Notes: generated by a model not told the origin, from the letters alone. 64,000 nucleotides of DNA from Phoronis australis (GCA_002633005.1 NMRA01000291.1:450825-514824), one strand, 5' to 3'. Numbered from the stretch's first letter, positions 26,356 through 38,655 are shown. Numbers and translations: made by a program.

Positions 26356-27639
26356 CTCACTTCTTTCTACAAATCTCAAGCCAACTACTGAGAAAAGCTG
26401 ATTTGGTTGTAATGGTTTATAGATACAGCAAGAAAATATTGAGTTAAGGGAAGTTAGTTGCAAGGCAATTTTACTTTGACAATGAATCGTGCCAGGAACA
26501 ACAACGATATGTGGATTGGGTGACCCACTTGTGAAATATTTGCAATGGAAATAGGCTACCGTGCAAAAATGAGGCTAGTTTTGGACGCATTATGTTCCAA
26601 TTGTACACCTTTAAAAGCTGCATTTTGCCCTGTTTAACTCGTTAAAACAAAAATCGAACTGGGCCTTTCGCTCTCTTAAAATATGTTTCGCCATGTCCCT
26701 TACCATATTTAGATCCTATTTCGGTTTCCAAAAAGAACATCGAAACCTCTGCGACTCAAGAAAACACTCCAGAGTTTACTGGGGATGGCCAATTCTAGAA
26801 CTGCTGATTCCAAAAAGGTGCATGTACGTATTGATTGTGCCTTTAGTTGCCAGTTTATTCAAGGTCAAATGAGAGTAGAAAATGTTTTCAAAGCCTAGCT
26901 AGCGTTTACGTTAAGAATTCAACATTGGCAGCTGGGTGACGGTAGCTTTTAAGTCCTCTTACACCCATCCCCCAAAAAAGAAACAACACGGCAATGGTAC
27001 ACAACCAAAGAATAAAACGTTGATCTAAGTTAACGTAAATGAGCAGAGCAGTGTTTATAGTGCATACTATGCCTAAACATTGTCAATTAAAACGACTTGT
27101 CAATATAACAAATATTAAATAGCGCACTCTTCACTGAAAGAAAATAAAAATGCTCTGAACATAGCCTCACAACAAGCTCAACTGACAATTCAGTTGTAAA
27201 AGGAATAGAAGGTGAAATGTGTAGAACCAGTTCTTTTAAAAATGTTAACTTATCTCTTGGTATATCAAGTCTAGATTTTTATATGCTACTACAGGCATTT
27301 ATCTACGGTATAGCATCGTACGTTGTCATGAAATGGCATGAGCTTTTTTAAAACCCACAATAATGTTGACAACAACAAGAGAAGTGCATCTACACTCTTT
27401 CACAGTGCTACGAAAGTTAGGGCACTTTTCAACATAGGTGGCGCTGTGTCACAGAGTAAAATGTATCCAGACTACCCTCTGACACAGCACCACCTCTGCT
27501 AACTTTCGTAGCATTGTGAAAGGCTATCTAGACTAGAGGTTAATTTTTTACAATTTGTTGACACATACACATAGCTTATATCTGGTTGTATTTAACTGAA
27601 ATTGGTGATGGATTAGTGATGGTGACGACTAAAGGAACG

Positions 27640-29090
27640 GAAAGTTCTATGAATAAGGGGAATGGTTCAACTAGTACCTGTATTTGCGGGAAAACCTTGA
27701 AGAACGAAAGAGGTCTATCAGGGAAAGATGAAGTGCTTAGGATACTTTACAAGGCAGCGCTTGGATGAACCATCCATTGAGACGCGGGAGAGGTCTCCCC
27801 AGGACAATACTCAAAGTGTCAGAAACCTTCCAGCTGAGCAGATACTTGAACACGAGAAACTTTTCCCAGATAAAACAGAAGTAAACTAACAGCAATTGCT
27901 TTTCAAAGTAGCCAATGGAATAGGCATTAAGCATCAGGCCGACCAACTAAAAACACGAAGAGAGCATGAGGCTATAGAAGAATTCTTCTTAAAAAATATG
28001 TCTGAAAGTAACCAGTTCCAACTTGTCGACGTAGAAACAAACGAGGTCATCCCTGAAAAGCCTGTTGACCATACCAGGGAGCAGGTAGTCGATCGGACCG
28101 GTTCTGATGACATAACACCGGTGAATTGGGAAGCAGTTGAAACCAACACTTGCCAAGCGGCAAACAAATGAGAACGAATGAGTGCTTCATTGAAGTAGCT
28201 ATTCAGGAAGGAGCTTGACAACGATTTCGAGAAAATAGTATCAGTGACTCGATGACCCATGCAGAGCAAGCTTGAGGTTATGACGAGAATCACTTACTGA
28301 GTGTCGGCGATCGGCTTGGTGTAGCGCTGGTTGATAGAAAAAGTAACGCTACTTGGGGACCCAATAAAAGAACTATTGCTCTCAGTAGGGAGTGTGGCAC
28401 CTAAAACGACCCTAGAAGTATGCCACAGATGTTACGAAGAAACGCTTTCTTCAATCACGGGAAGATGCCAGGAAATGATTGGGAACTAAAGGCAGAGGAC
28501 GCTGCACGAAAGCGAAAAGCTAGCAAGAAGGAAAAATAGGGATTCACCTGTAGCTCATACCAATTCGCTTCATACATATTGGATGAGAGCACGAGCGGGT
28601 CCCTGGAGTGCTCCAAAGAAGAGCTAAGGCATCCTTTTGACTCTGCACTGCGACCCCAAAAAGGCAATCCACTCTGCCACTTTGATGCACTCAATAATGA
28701 AGCAGAGGATCCTAAAGAAGAATTTGAGATCAGCGATATAAAAAATCTGATGTTGAGACGGTTGTTCGGAAGGCCACAAGAGACCCAGCACTGGGACTAA
28801 GTGGCACCTCCTACGAAGTGTACAAGAACTGCCCGGCACTACTGAACCGGCTCTGGAGGCTGTTGTGTATGGTTTGGAAGAAGGGTTCTTTGCCTTCGCA
28901 GTGCGGGATGTCGGAAGGGGTATATGTCTCAAAGAAAGAGACGTTTTAGCTTAAAACGGCATTAGCAAGTTTCAACCTGTGTCTTTGTTTAGTACCGAGG
29001 GTAAGATATTTTGGGGCAGTGATTTCGAACAGAATGATCAAGTACCTGTTAGACAACGAATGCATAGATACATCTTGCTCGAAAGGGGCT
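27640..29090 (+). mobile_element. Degenerate non-LTR retrotransposon fragment (HERO-like RLE clade): N-terminal zinc finger to start of RT
   Basis: Broken frames read CICGKTLKNERGL, RKRKASKK..YQFASYILDESTSGSLECSKEE, YEVYKNCPALLNRLWRLLCMVWKKG..EGVYVSK, KFQPVSLFSTEGKIF, KYLLDNECIDTS..KG. Confidence 0.78.
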
Positions 29091-30073
29091 ATGACCGACA
29101 GACGCATCATAACACCAAGACATCATAGCCCGGTTGCTTGAAACAGTCCCAAATAAGGACTCGACTAAGTTCGCAAAATTGTCTGCGTATTTGTGACCTT
29201 GTGAGAACACTGATTGTTCTTTCTTATGCTGTTGGAGTGTCATTCCTAAGCCCATTTTTTGGCTTTGATACAATTTGAGAGTGGACTCTTCGTTGAATTC
29301 TTAATATTATTGAAAATAAGTAGGGATCTTTTCATGCAACGCCCAAATTTAAGGACTGGGTCACTAATTATTTTAACTGAATTAAGAACTCAGTTTTAGT
29401 GATATTACTAGAAAATATCATCAGTGAAACAAGAGTTCATAGTAAAGTTAAAATGATAGAAAAAACGTTACATTCGCGCGAAAAGACCAAAACAAGTACA
29501 CAAAAGATTTAGGGAACTTAGTTGAGTTCTTGTTTGCGACTATTTCATGCAACCGGCTTCAGGTGTTCTTGGCGTGACAACTTTCATGGTGCCTACGTTT
29601 GTAATTTTATGTCAAAATAATAATTTGAGAGTTAACGTTGCTGTACGTTTATCAGGTTAACAAACACTTTATAGTTTGTGTCACTGTTGTTGTTGGTCAG
29701 CTCCATGCGTTTTACTTCAGTGAAGTTTATTAGGTGTAGTTGCGTAGAGTATTGAAGAAAAGAGGAAATTGTGGAATGACCATATCCTAACCAAAGCATC
29801 AGTACGCTTGGAACACTAAGTTGTTCTTGCCTATGAATTGGGACGTGGAATAGAGTTGTTTAGTTAGGCAATTTATGGGACCACGCATCAATGTAACGGA
29901 GACGGAATATAAATGCCGTCGCGTGAGTGTAAAAGTGCTTCAGTCTATACTGAGAAAGGCAGCGCAAATAGCGGTATAGTTAAACATGCAAAAACAATCG
30001 CAAATGTGCTAAAAAACGTATAACAATTGAAACGTAAATACAATACAAAAGAATAATCAGCATCAATAACAGT

Positions 30074-30136
30074 ACACACACGCACACGCACACGCACACG
30101 CACACACACACACACACACACACACGTGCGTGTGTG
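30074..30136. repeat. (CACACG)n/(CA)n microsatellite with short inverted tail
   Basis: Directly visible. Confidence 0.95.
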
Positions 30137-30827
30137 CTAGTTTACTGAACTTATGACTCCATGCAATGCATCCACATACGCGTAGCAACATAAGCAACAA
30201 TGCCCAGTGTATATATTAATTTATTAACAACCGTACCCAGTATAAACATACATTAATTTAATAACTACCGTATTCCAGCATATATATATACTTAGTTCCT
30301 TGAGCTTATGAATCCATACAATGCACTCACATGTGCTCAGCTATGCATTAACAATTACAACTCTAATTGTAATTGTTCATTGCGTGTATGAATGCATAGA
30401 TTGGTCCCGCATTTCACACGAGTGTGACAACGACAGTTTCATATTAACATTTTCCGTGAATCTTCCAAATATTCCTCACTCAGTACGCTATTGCCCATCC
30501 GGCGCTTGCACATCTCACCCATTTCATTCAACATCGCAGCATTATTTTTGATGTAACTGTTACAACCAAGTAGTCTTCTTCTTATTCCAAAAGTTGCCAA
30601 GAATTGTCGTAAAGTCACTTACAGCTCATTTCTTCTGACGTAAAATGTCTCGACACGTTAGCTATGTAAGATTGATAGCGGTCGTAATCTAATCTACGTC
30701 TAGCACTTAAAACCTCTCACACAAATCAAGGCGTTTCACTGAAAATGCAATGAGTTAATGATCATAAAAATTGAACATTGTGATTCTACAGTCATTGTAA
30801 TCCAGCGTTAATGTCTTTCTCAAGTCT

Positions 30828-31355
30828 CTAGTGTAGCAGGCTGAGGTTCCCAAAAGCTGCAGCAAACAACATTCTGCTCATGTTCAGTGAGCGATGATTG
30901 CAGTATGCATACGTCAGTGCCTTGTTTAGTTCAAACATTCCGAAATAAACCTCATCCGTGCTATTTTGAAAAGCCTCTACACCATAACTGTCGGTGATGC
31001 TACAAATATTTTTTTTCGAAATTCTCATCAACTCAAAGTTATATTAGAACGATTTTTGGTTCGGTCTGACCTCCAAACATCCAAGGTGTACTGCATACAC
31101 AATGAGTCTTGGTAGAATTGTATGGTCATGCCGTACACGCTCGTGCTTTTATACACAAAGCCCACGTTATTCAAACTAGATGCAGTGTCATAAAGGTCAG
31201 CCTCACCATTAATGCACCTCCTCATACTCAATGAGTCTTGATGTAGTCTACGCCCATGTCATTACGCATTCTTCCACGATATTCAAAATTGCCGCAATGT
31301 CGCAATGGTCAACATCATCGCGTATCCTCCTCATTGAGTCTTGATGTTTCTGTAA
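30828..31355 (-). pseudogene. Frameshifted, decayed TPR units downstream of the NTase-TPR stop
   Basis: Alternate frames read ALQKHQDSMRRIRDDVDHCDIAAILN and HQDSLSMRRCINGEADLYDTASSLNNVGFVYKSTSVYGMTIQFYQDSL; weaker HRSLNMSRMLF further downstream. Confidence 0.75.
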
Positions 31356-34257
31356 GGCTGATATTATTCAAACTATCCACAATGCTGGCATGGTCAGCAT
31401 CACCATATATCCTCCACCTCATATTCAACGAGTCGTAGTGGTATTGTAAGGACAAGTCGTATTTACCCATGCTATTATACACTTTCCCGATGATATACAA
31501 ACTATCCGCAACGCCAGGATGATCAACACCACCATTTATCCTTCTCCTGATATTCAATGAGTCTCGGTGGTATTGTAAGGCGACGTCGTACTTACCCATG
31601 CTATTATTAACTTTCCCGAGTGTATACAAATTATCCGCAATGTCAGGATGGTCAGCATCACCATGTATACTCTTCAACATACTCAATGAGTCTTGATAGT
31701 ATTGTAAGGCCATGTCGTGCTCAATCATGCTATCATACACACTCTCGATGCTAATAAAACTATTAGAAATGTCGGGATGTTCAGCATCACCGTATATCCT
31801 CCTTCTCATACTCAATGAGTCTTGATAGTATTGTAAGGCCATGCTGTACTGATGCAGGCCGTTATACGCAATCCCCATGTTCTTTAAAATAGTCGCAATT
31901 TCGGGATGGTCAACATCACCATCTATCCTCCTCCTCATACTCAGCGAATCTTGATAGTACTTTAAAGCCAATTCGTACTTTCTCATTCTAATAGACACAT
32001 CCCCCATCTCATTCAAGCTATCGGCAATGTAGGGATGGTCATCATCACCACATGTCTTTCTCATCATCTTCTGTGAATCTTGAAAGTACTGTAAGGCCAT
32101 GTCGTATTTACCCATGCTACAATACGCATTCCCGATGTCATTCAAGCTTGCTGCAATGTCGGGGTGGTCATCATCAGCGAGTATCGTCTTCAAAATCGTC
32201 TGTGAATCTTGTAAGTATTGTAAGGCCAAGTCCGGCATTCCCGTGTGGTAACACACTATGCCGGTACCACACAAAATCTCAGCAAAGTCAATGGTATTCA
32301 TCACCAATCCGTTTTTTTTCATCTCATTGTATAGGGTCCCAATTGCAGTCAAAACAGAACTGAACTGTGCTTCGTCTGAGTAATACTTTGTGAGATTGTT
32401 TTCAATACCAAATAGTCTTCCATTGAAGCTCAAACAATTTGCATAATATTGTAAACATTCATTTGGACGTCCTTCTAAGATGAAGCTCCTACAGATCATG
32501 GCGATGCATGTAAACACTGTCTCCCTTGAGATGTCACAGAAAACATTCCTGTCTTTGTACCGAACAACAAAGGGCTTAGGTAATATTACGCCTAGTGTAT
32601 TCCTCGTCTTCAACCATTGTGATTCTATATGAGCAAAAAATTTGTCTCTTGCTGATTCATAACAATGGCTGGCATATTCAATATAACCTTCGAGTAAAAG
32701 ATTTTTCTCGAAGAAAGTGGCTTCTAGTTTTCCTGTTTTGAGTGCTTCTTCAAACTGAACACCGTTTACAAACCAAGCAAACGAAAAACATGAATTAGAA
32801 TACCTGAATATTAAATGCTTGTAGTTTTGATATCCTGGTACTTTGCTCGCTTGTTTTGACATGGAAAACAAAACAAACTGCTCATTTTGCTTCGATTTAC
32901 GGCAGTAAAGATCTAGTCTGAGAATGGCCACTATGGTGATCAATACAAGTAAGTTATGCTCTCCATCAGGGGTCAACATGTCTCGAGATTTCATCTCAAG
33001 TAAGATGTCCCAAATGTTATCGGCGTTCAAACAAAATAGCGGTTTGAAAAGAGTGATGACCAAAGATGGCAACCTCATCATGTCATTTTTAATATCATGA
33101 ACCCCTTCCCTTTTTAAGTGAAGATTAAATTTTGGCAAAAATTTTTCCACAAGATTACGAATATCTTGAATATACTTTCTGTTCTCATCTTCGCCGCTTT
33201 GACGCTCTGCTTTTAACAATCTGAACTTCTCATAAAGTGAGTCGCTGCCATAAAGTTTGGTCGCAATTGTCAAAACGCGATCCAAATCGTAGCCTTCCTT
33301 CACAGCCGTGTTTACCTCACACATTGCAGCCATGTTTTCAGGTGTTTTGATCAATTCAATGCCTCTTTTTCCGGGCCTGTCAGGTCGTCCTAGGGGTGTT
33401 TTGCATGCATACGGTGCAGCACTATCGAATTCAACCCCGCGAGCCACAACATCATCGACAAACCAGTTCCTGCCAGGCGTGTCATAGTCATTAAGTGATT
33501 TAATGTTCATCGTCCTGAGATTTGTTTCCCCGATGTTTAAGACGAACAAATGCATAAGCCTAGCCATGTTTCTGAAGTACTCGACATCTTGGGAGTCGTC
33601 GTGGACCAAAATAACCCATTCTAAGTCCGAATACGGTGTTGCATCTCCCCTAGCTAAAGATCCCATTGCCATAGCAGCATATTCCTGTGGGGGTGGTCCT
33701 AACATCTCCTTACATTTTGAGAAAAGTTTCTTATAAAAAATTTTTAAGTTGTCACACAGATCTGCAAAAATGTGTTTGGTGTCCTCTACAAACTCCTTTT
33801 CTAGCTTGATTCTCTCGATTTCTTGTGATTCTAAGTTAAGGCCCTGAGCAAATTTGTCTAACACTTGCTTTGCCGTGGGAGTAACTCTCTTCCTTAGACT
33901 TTCCAAGTCCTCTTTCATTTCCCTTCGGAATTCCATTGGGATTGTACTATTTGATATGGAAATCGCATTGCAGAAAGCTTTTTCGTTTTCTTTCACCGAT
34001 TCTTCGAGTCTCTCAATCATTTCGGTCTCATTATATCGCAATAATGCGGCATTGTATAATGCCGATGCTGTAACAAAATGCTGCGTACTTTCCTTCAATA
34101 AACCTCGCCTCTTGTAAATGTCACCCATTTTTTGAAGGATTTCACCACCTGATCGTGACCCCCTGTCTTTTTCTGAGAGTTTCTTTAGTTCTGACGCTAG
34201 TCGTTCTTCCTCGTCGTTTAATTTTGCTGAAAAATGGATACGGTATGCAAATCTCAC
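31315..34257 (-). CDS. DUF294/GlnD-like nucleotidyltransferase fused to a C-terminal array of 43-aa TPRs (TPR_12-like)
   Basis: 980-codon ORF. Pol-beta NTase motif LGPPP.EYAAMAMGSLARGDATPYSDLEW (~33617-33700); DUF294_C-like helical domain DIKNDMMRLP..IWDILLEMKSRDML..LRLDLY; seven 43-aa TPRs plus a truncated eighth. The GTG start is doubtful: a probable splice acceptor TTTTCAG| lies at 34227/34226 and the first in-frame ATG is at ~34128. Confidence 0.85.
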   Translation of the reverse strand: MRFAYRIHFSAKLNDEEERLASELKKLSEKDRGSRSGGEILQKMGDIYKRRGLLKESTQHFVTASALYNAALLRYNETEMIERLEESVKENEKAFCNAISISNSTIPMEFRREMKEDLESLRKRVTPTAKQVLDKFAQGLNLESQEIERIKLEKEFVEDTKHIFADLCDNLKIFYKKLFSKCKEMLGPPPQEYAAMAMGSLARGDATPYSDLEWVILVHDDSQDVEYFRNMARLMHLFVLNIGETNLRTMNIKSLNDYDTPGRNWFVDDVVARGVEFDSAAPYACKTPLGRPDRPGKRGIELIKTPENMAAMCEVNTAVKEGYDLDRVLTIATKLYGSDSLYEKFRLLKAERQSGEDENRKYIQDIRNLVEKFLPKFNLHLKREGVHDIKNDMMRLPSLVITLFKPLFCLNADNIWDILLEMKSRDMLTPDGEHNLLVLITIVAILRLDLYCRKSKQNEQFVLFSMSKQASKVPGYQNYKHLIFRYSNSCFSFAWFVNGVQFEEALKTGKLEATFFEKNLLLEGYIEYASHCYESARDKFFAHIESQWLKTRNTLGVILPKPFVVRYKDRNVFCDISRETVFTCIAMICRSFILEGRPNECLQYYANCLSFNGRLFGIENNLTKYYSDEAQFSSVLTAIGTLYNEMKKNGLVMNTIDFAEILCGTGIVCYHTGMPDLALQYLQDSQTILKTILADDDHPDIAASLNDIGNAYCSMGKYDMALQYFQDSQKMMRKTCGDDDHPYIADSLNEMGDVSIRMRKYELALKYYQDSLSMRRRIDGDVDHPEIATILKNMGIAYNGLHQYSMALQYYQDSLSMRRRIYGDAEHPDISNSFISIESVYDSMIEHDMALQYYQDSLSMLKSIHGDADHPDIADNLYTLGKVNNSMGKYDVALQYHRDSLNIRRRINGGVDHPGVADSLYIIGKVYNSMGKYDLSLQYHYDSLNMRWRIYGDADHASIVDSLNNISLTETSRLNEEDTR

Positions 34258-35196
34258 GCCACTTGAAATAACTTAGAATTTCATTTTGAATACTGTTTAA
34301 ATGCCACAACTTTCATTGATGGAATGTGATTTGGTTTGTTCTATAACGAAGAACCCGCAAAGTACATGCACTTGACAACAAAAGTTTATGATTGTTTATC
34401 TGTGATACGAATTTGTAAACTTCATCAATGTTGCGAAACTAATGTCATGAAAAGAATCCTACGATGACAACCAAACGGTCGATATTGGGCAATTTGACAG
34501 GTTTGCGTACCTCAAATTTGCCAGCATTGACCAACGACACCGTTAAACCGGGAACCAGAAGTTTTTGGGCATGAAAATGTAGCCAATTTCCTTTGATACC
34601 ACAGTGATCCATGGCTATCCCAACGCTAGGAATTGGGCATCTGGCAGATTCGCTCCGGTGGGTGTGGTCAGGGAAGCCATGAGAATGGCACTCAAAAATT
34701 GAACTCGATCAACTTTTTGGTAACCACTTAAAAATACTGGCGACATCTATTATTCAGTTCACTGTATCGACATTATCCACTGCCAGTCAGTGACAGGGAA
34801 CTTCAGCCAGTCGGTTGTAACTGCGGCCAAACATTGAGCTAGATCAACCCAAGAGATAACCGCGTGAAACTTGTTACAAATTATTCACCATGGGTCAATG
34901 TTTCGTGAATGAACACTGCCACACACATTCAGTGGAGAATTACCCGCGCGAGACACACTCAAATCTTCGAGTTGAGGTAGCCCAGCCCACCAGGTAACCG
35001 GTTGAAAGCAACTGCATAATATCCAGCATCACTCCACGCGGCGTAATTGTTATGTGCCAGACAGTTTCAGTGGTAGGATGCTCCTGTCAGATAAAAAGTA
35101 ATGGGGTACCAAAATTGAGCTAGACTAAAACAAGAGGTAACCGCATAAATCGGTTGCAAAATATGCAACATAACCTATCTAACAGGAGTGAACACT

Positions 35197-35273
35197 CATG
35201 GGCGACGCACCACAGGGGGCTGGGGGGGGGGGGGCTATAGCGCCCCACTTTTTTCAGTGCTGCGCCGCCCATT
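35197..35273 (-). mobile_element. Tiny hAT-like MITE (copy A)
   Basis: CATGGGCGACGCA ... TGCGCCGCCCAT; reverse-complement homolog of 57865-57922; no TSD seen. Confidence 0.55.
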
Positions 35274-35991
35274 TTATGTGGCCGGTGCACCACAGGGGGG
35301 CTATATGTTTATTAATGACTTAGTAACGAGGTTTTAATTAAGTGCAGTGCTTGTGACCTAGTTCTGAGTGAAATACCCTCTGACTTCAAGGGGGTAGACA
35401 TTCCACAGCTCACCCAGGCCACTAAGCAAATTATACCATATGGCGCTCAGGGTCGAATGAGATAAACAAGAACAACTAGTTACCTTTCCATGCCCAAAAT
35501 GCTTATATTATCCCGGTCTACTTGCTGTTATTATAATAGTCTTGGTCGAGTTACATTGCCCCAGGCATCTGATGTTTGTTTTCGATATAATCAGTCCATA
35601 AACACACTGGGGGCGACAACAGTAGTATTGAATTTTCGCTTTGAAAGTTTTTAAGATGCATATCCGAAAAGTTTTTTGAATTTTGAAAATCGGACAAGAA
35701 ACGTGATTTTTACAACCTATTTTTTCTATAAGCAAGACACATTACACTCGTCATTAATTCTGCTAGGTATGCAACATAATTGGACCAATTACCAAACCAA
35801 CAGGTAGAGTTCGATTTTGAGGTAAGTTAAGTGTCATCGTACAGTTCTTTGCATGCAACGCATGCATTCATGAGTTCCGACACTTAACTGAAGGATTCAC
35901 TGTTTCTACCAAAACAAAAGGACATCAGTTTACCTGTAATTTCTTTCCCGACAGCAAAGTGTCCAATTATAGTGGCATGTTTGCTATTTAA

Positions 35992-37616
35992 GGATACGTG
36001 TGCCCCTAAATGCTATGCTATATTTATGCTAAAAATTCAATACACTAGCCACTGTAAACCGACGAAAGTGTATATTTTCTGAATGTAGAAGTCAAAACAA
36101 ATTCATCTATGTCGTCTACAACATTGTGCCATTATTGTGGTCCCGTTAATCGGCGTTTCGGGTAAAAAAAGTTTTGTTTTTTGAAGGTACATCAATAACA
36201 AATTGATCCTTTAACCTTCATTATTAAGACGTAGGACAACAAAACTTTAGTAAATTTGCTCCAAAACCGTGTCTAAGATTTTTAGTAAAACGAACAGTTT
36301 TTTAATAAAAAAAATCACTGCAAATCACTTTTTCAAAAACAACGTGACTCTTAATCCTAAATCAAACATAAAAAATCAATGCAACCTTTAATCGAAAATC
36401 TGAGATACAGTTTTCGTATTGAATGGCTGTGCTGTCTGATACTCAAATACCGAGAAAATCTGTCGGCTCTTTTCGAAGAAATTGTGGTTCGAAGTTAGTC
36501 GCCTGGCACAAACAGCGAACATAGAAAAACTCCGTTTTGTGTGTTTTGACTTCGTATTTAGATTAAAACTGCTCGTGGTGGCTGTGACAGCTGATGAAAT
36601 GTGCTCAAAGACACTTCCATGGGTTATGTTTTCGACAGTTACGTAAACTTTATGAGAATGGGAGTTTTTGCACATTTGCCAGTCAGAGAAATGAGTTGTG
36701 TCGCGTGACCGTTAGGTCACCGCGCCTACCAGCTAGAGCGTCAGTGAAAGTGATTGAAAGGTAGAATAATCGCGGACTGAGGAAGATGCCAGCGTCAAAG
36801 AAAGACGAAATTTAGAACTGGCTCGCAGAAAAGTATAGGTTGAAATTTCTGAACTCGGCTAAGATGTGTGCTGCATTTTCTCACTAGCTGATTAACTTTT
36901 TTACAGTTTAATTCTTAAGCTGCGCTACTGCCGGCCGGAGACTGGCGGTCCGGCCGACAGGCGTTTGCTCACGCAATGACATTTCTAAAAATAACTCACG
37001 ATCTAAGTTTAGGTTTCGAGTATCACTTAGGATCCATTGGGAATCCTACGGATAACGAAGGACAATATTTTAACACACACAAGTCGTCCCCCGAGTTCAC
37101 AATAACGCCACTGCCAGAATTACGTAAGTTGTATCACTTCATCTGACTAAACCATGATCTTCGTTAGTGATGCCGGGGTTATTTACTTGAGTGTCATGCA
37201 CGTGTTGAAGTTGATAGGATTGTTTCTCGGTCGCTTTCTGCTAATTTTGCCTTCCAGTGGAACGACAATTCTTTCTTTCCTTTTCGTGTACGAATCATAT
37301 TATCGGTATATCCGATGAACAATGAATGGTACACTGACCACGAACGGCGTCTTGAGGGATGGGCCTAGTCTACTTATGAACAACAGGGCTTTGCATTGTG
37401 GGACAAATTTGGCGCGAAATATAGTTTGATTGACACATCGCAGGTAAACGAGTTTCTTGTTCTAGGAAGGGCTTTCGAAAAAACCGCAATTTTAAATAGA
37501 AAAAGGGAGTTGTAAGGGTAAACCAAAATATATTTGAAATCTTCACACATTTTGCCACGAACAGAGGAAATATTTAAAAAACATCGAAATTTATTGAGAT
37601 AGAGGTACACGTATCC
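35992..37616. mobile_element. Non-autonomous Kolobok-type element
   Basis: TTAA|GGATACGTGTGCCCCTA ... TAGAGGTACACGTATCC|GTAA (TIR 15/17; TSD with one mismatch). Confidence 0.7.
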
Positions 37617-38655
37617 GTAATGTGCGTGGGAACAACGTCTGAGAGTGTGCTAAGAACGATAAGAAAATGAGTTTTGCTCTATTAAAGTGCAAACATAATC
37701 ATATAATCTGAACAAGAGGTGTTGCTAAAACTAGAATATGAAAACTAGGAAGGGCTGATTTATCTGAAAAGTGTACCATGCACCAGATTTCTTCAATACA
37801 CCTTATGTTTAATCTATGGACTTAGGAGAAAAGTAGTGATTTTTAACGTTGCTAGGTAACTACCTTGTGATTCTACTTTGGTGAATGTAATGCTGTTTGC
37901 TTTTGGACATCAGCGTCATTTTGTTAAAAAGTTAGCAGATTAAGCTGCACATCTCCACATGTAATGAGTTTGTGCATATAATTCTGCACCCACACACGTT
38001 ACAGAGTGAGCAATTAAAAGTCTTCACAAAGTCGGTGCAACTTGTTTTCACGCGGGGAATCACTAGAGGAAATATGCTACACTTATTGAGTCAGTAACGC
38101 TGTTCCCCGTTCCCTGTACTTGTGTTCCCCAATCGATTTTCCCTCACCTTGATGTTCCTCCTGACGCTATGCCACCCTGTCACGATGTTTTCTCGTCCCG
38201 ATGTTCCACCTGCCCTATCTATCTTTACTGTATGTCGGGAACCAATTTCTTTGTGTTAATCATCTAATCAATTGTTTTTTGAAGTTGAATATCCTACGAA
38301 TGAAAAGATCGCGAGGATTGCGGCCGAATATAAGCCCTTTCAAGATGTGATTTTAATTCCCCGAGTAAGTTCACAAGAGAAAATCGCATATTGATATTGG
38401 CAAATTGTATTGTTTGGAACTACCTTTAAAACTGCACAAACCCGTAGCTTGCTAAGCATGACTTGAATTACATTGGAGCAACTACCTGTCTAGCGAGTAA
38501 TGACAACTCATTTTAATGTGCAGATAACACTATCTTAAACGAAACAGTCTCAATCATGTGTTTTGTGTTGCTTGCAGCGCAAACTTAAAGAGTTCCCACC
38601 ATGCATTTTTTAGTTTTTAAGCTCTCAGTTCGCTAATATGAAATGAGTATCTTAA

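Noticed and set aside
32052-34117. Plus-strand ORFs overlapping the 980-aa ORF
   Set aside because: Antisense shadows of the real coding strand.
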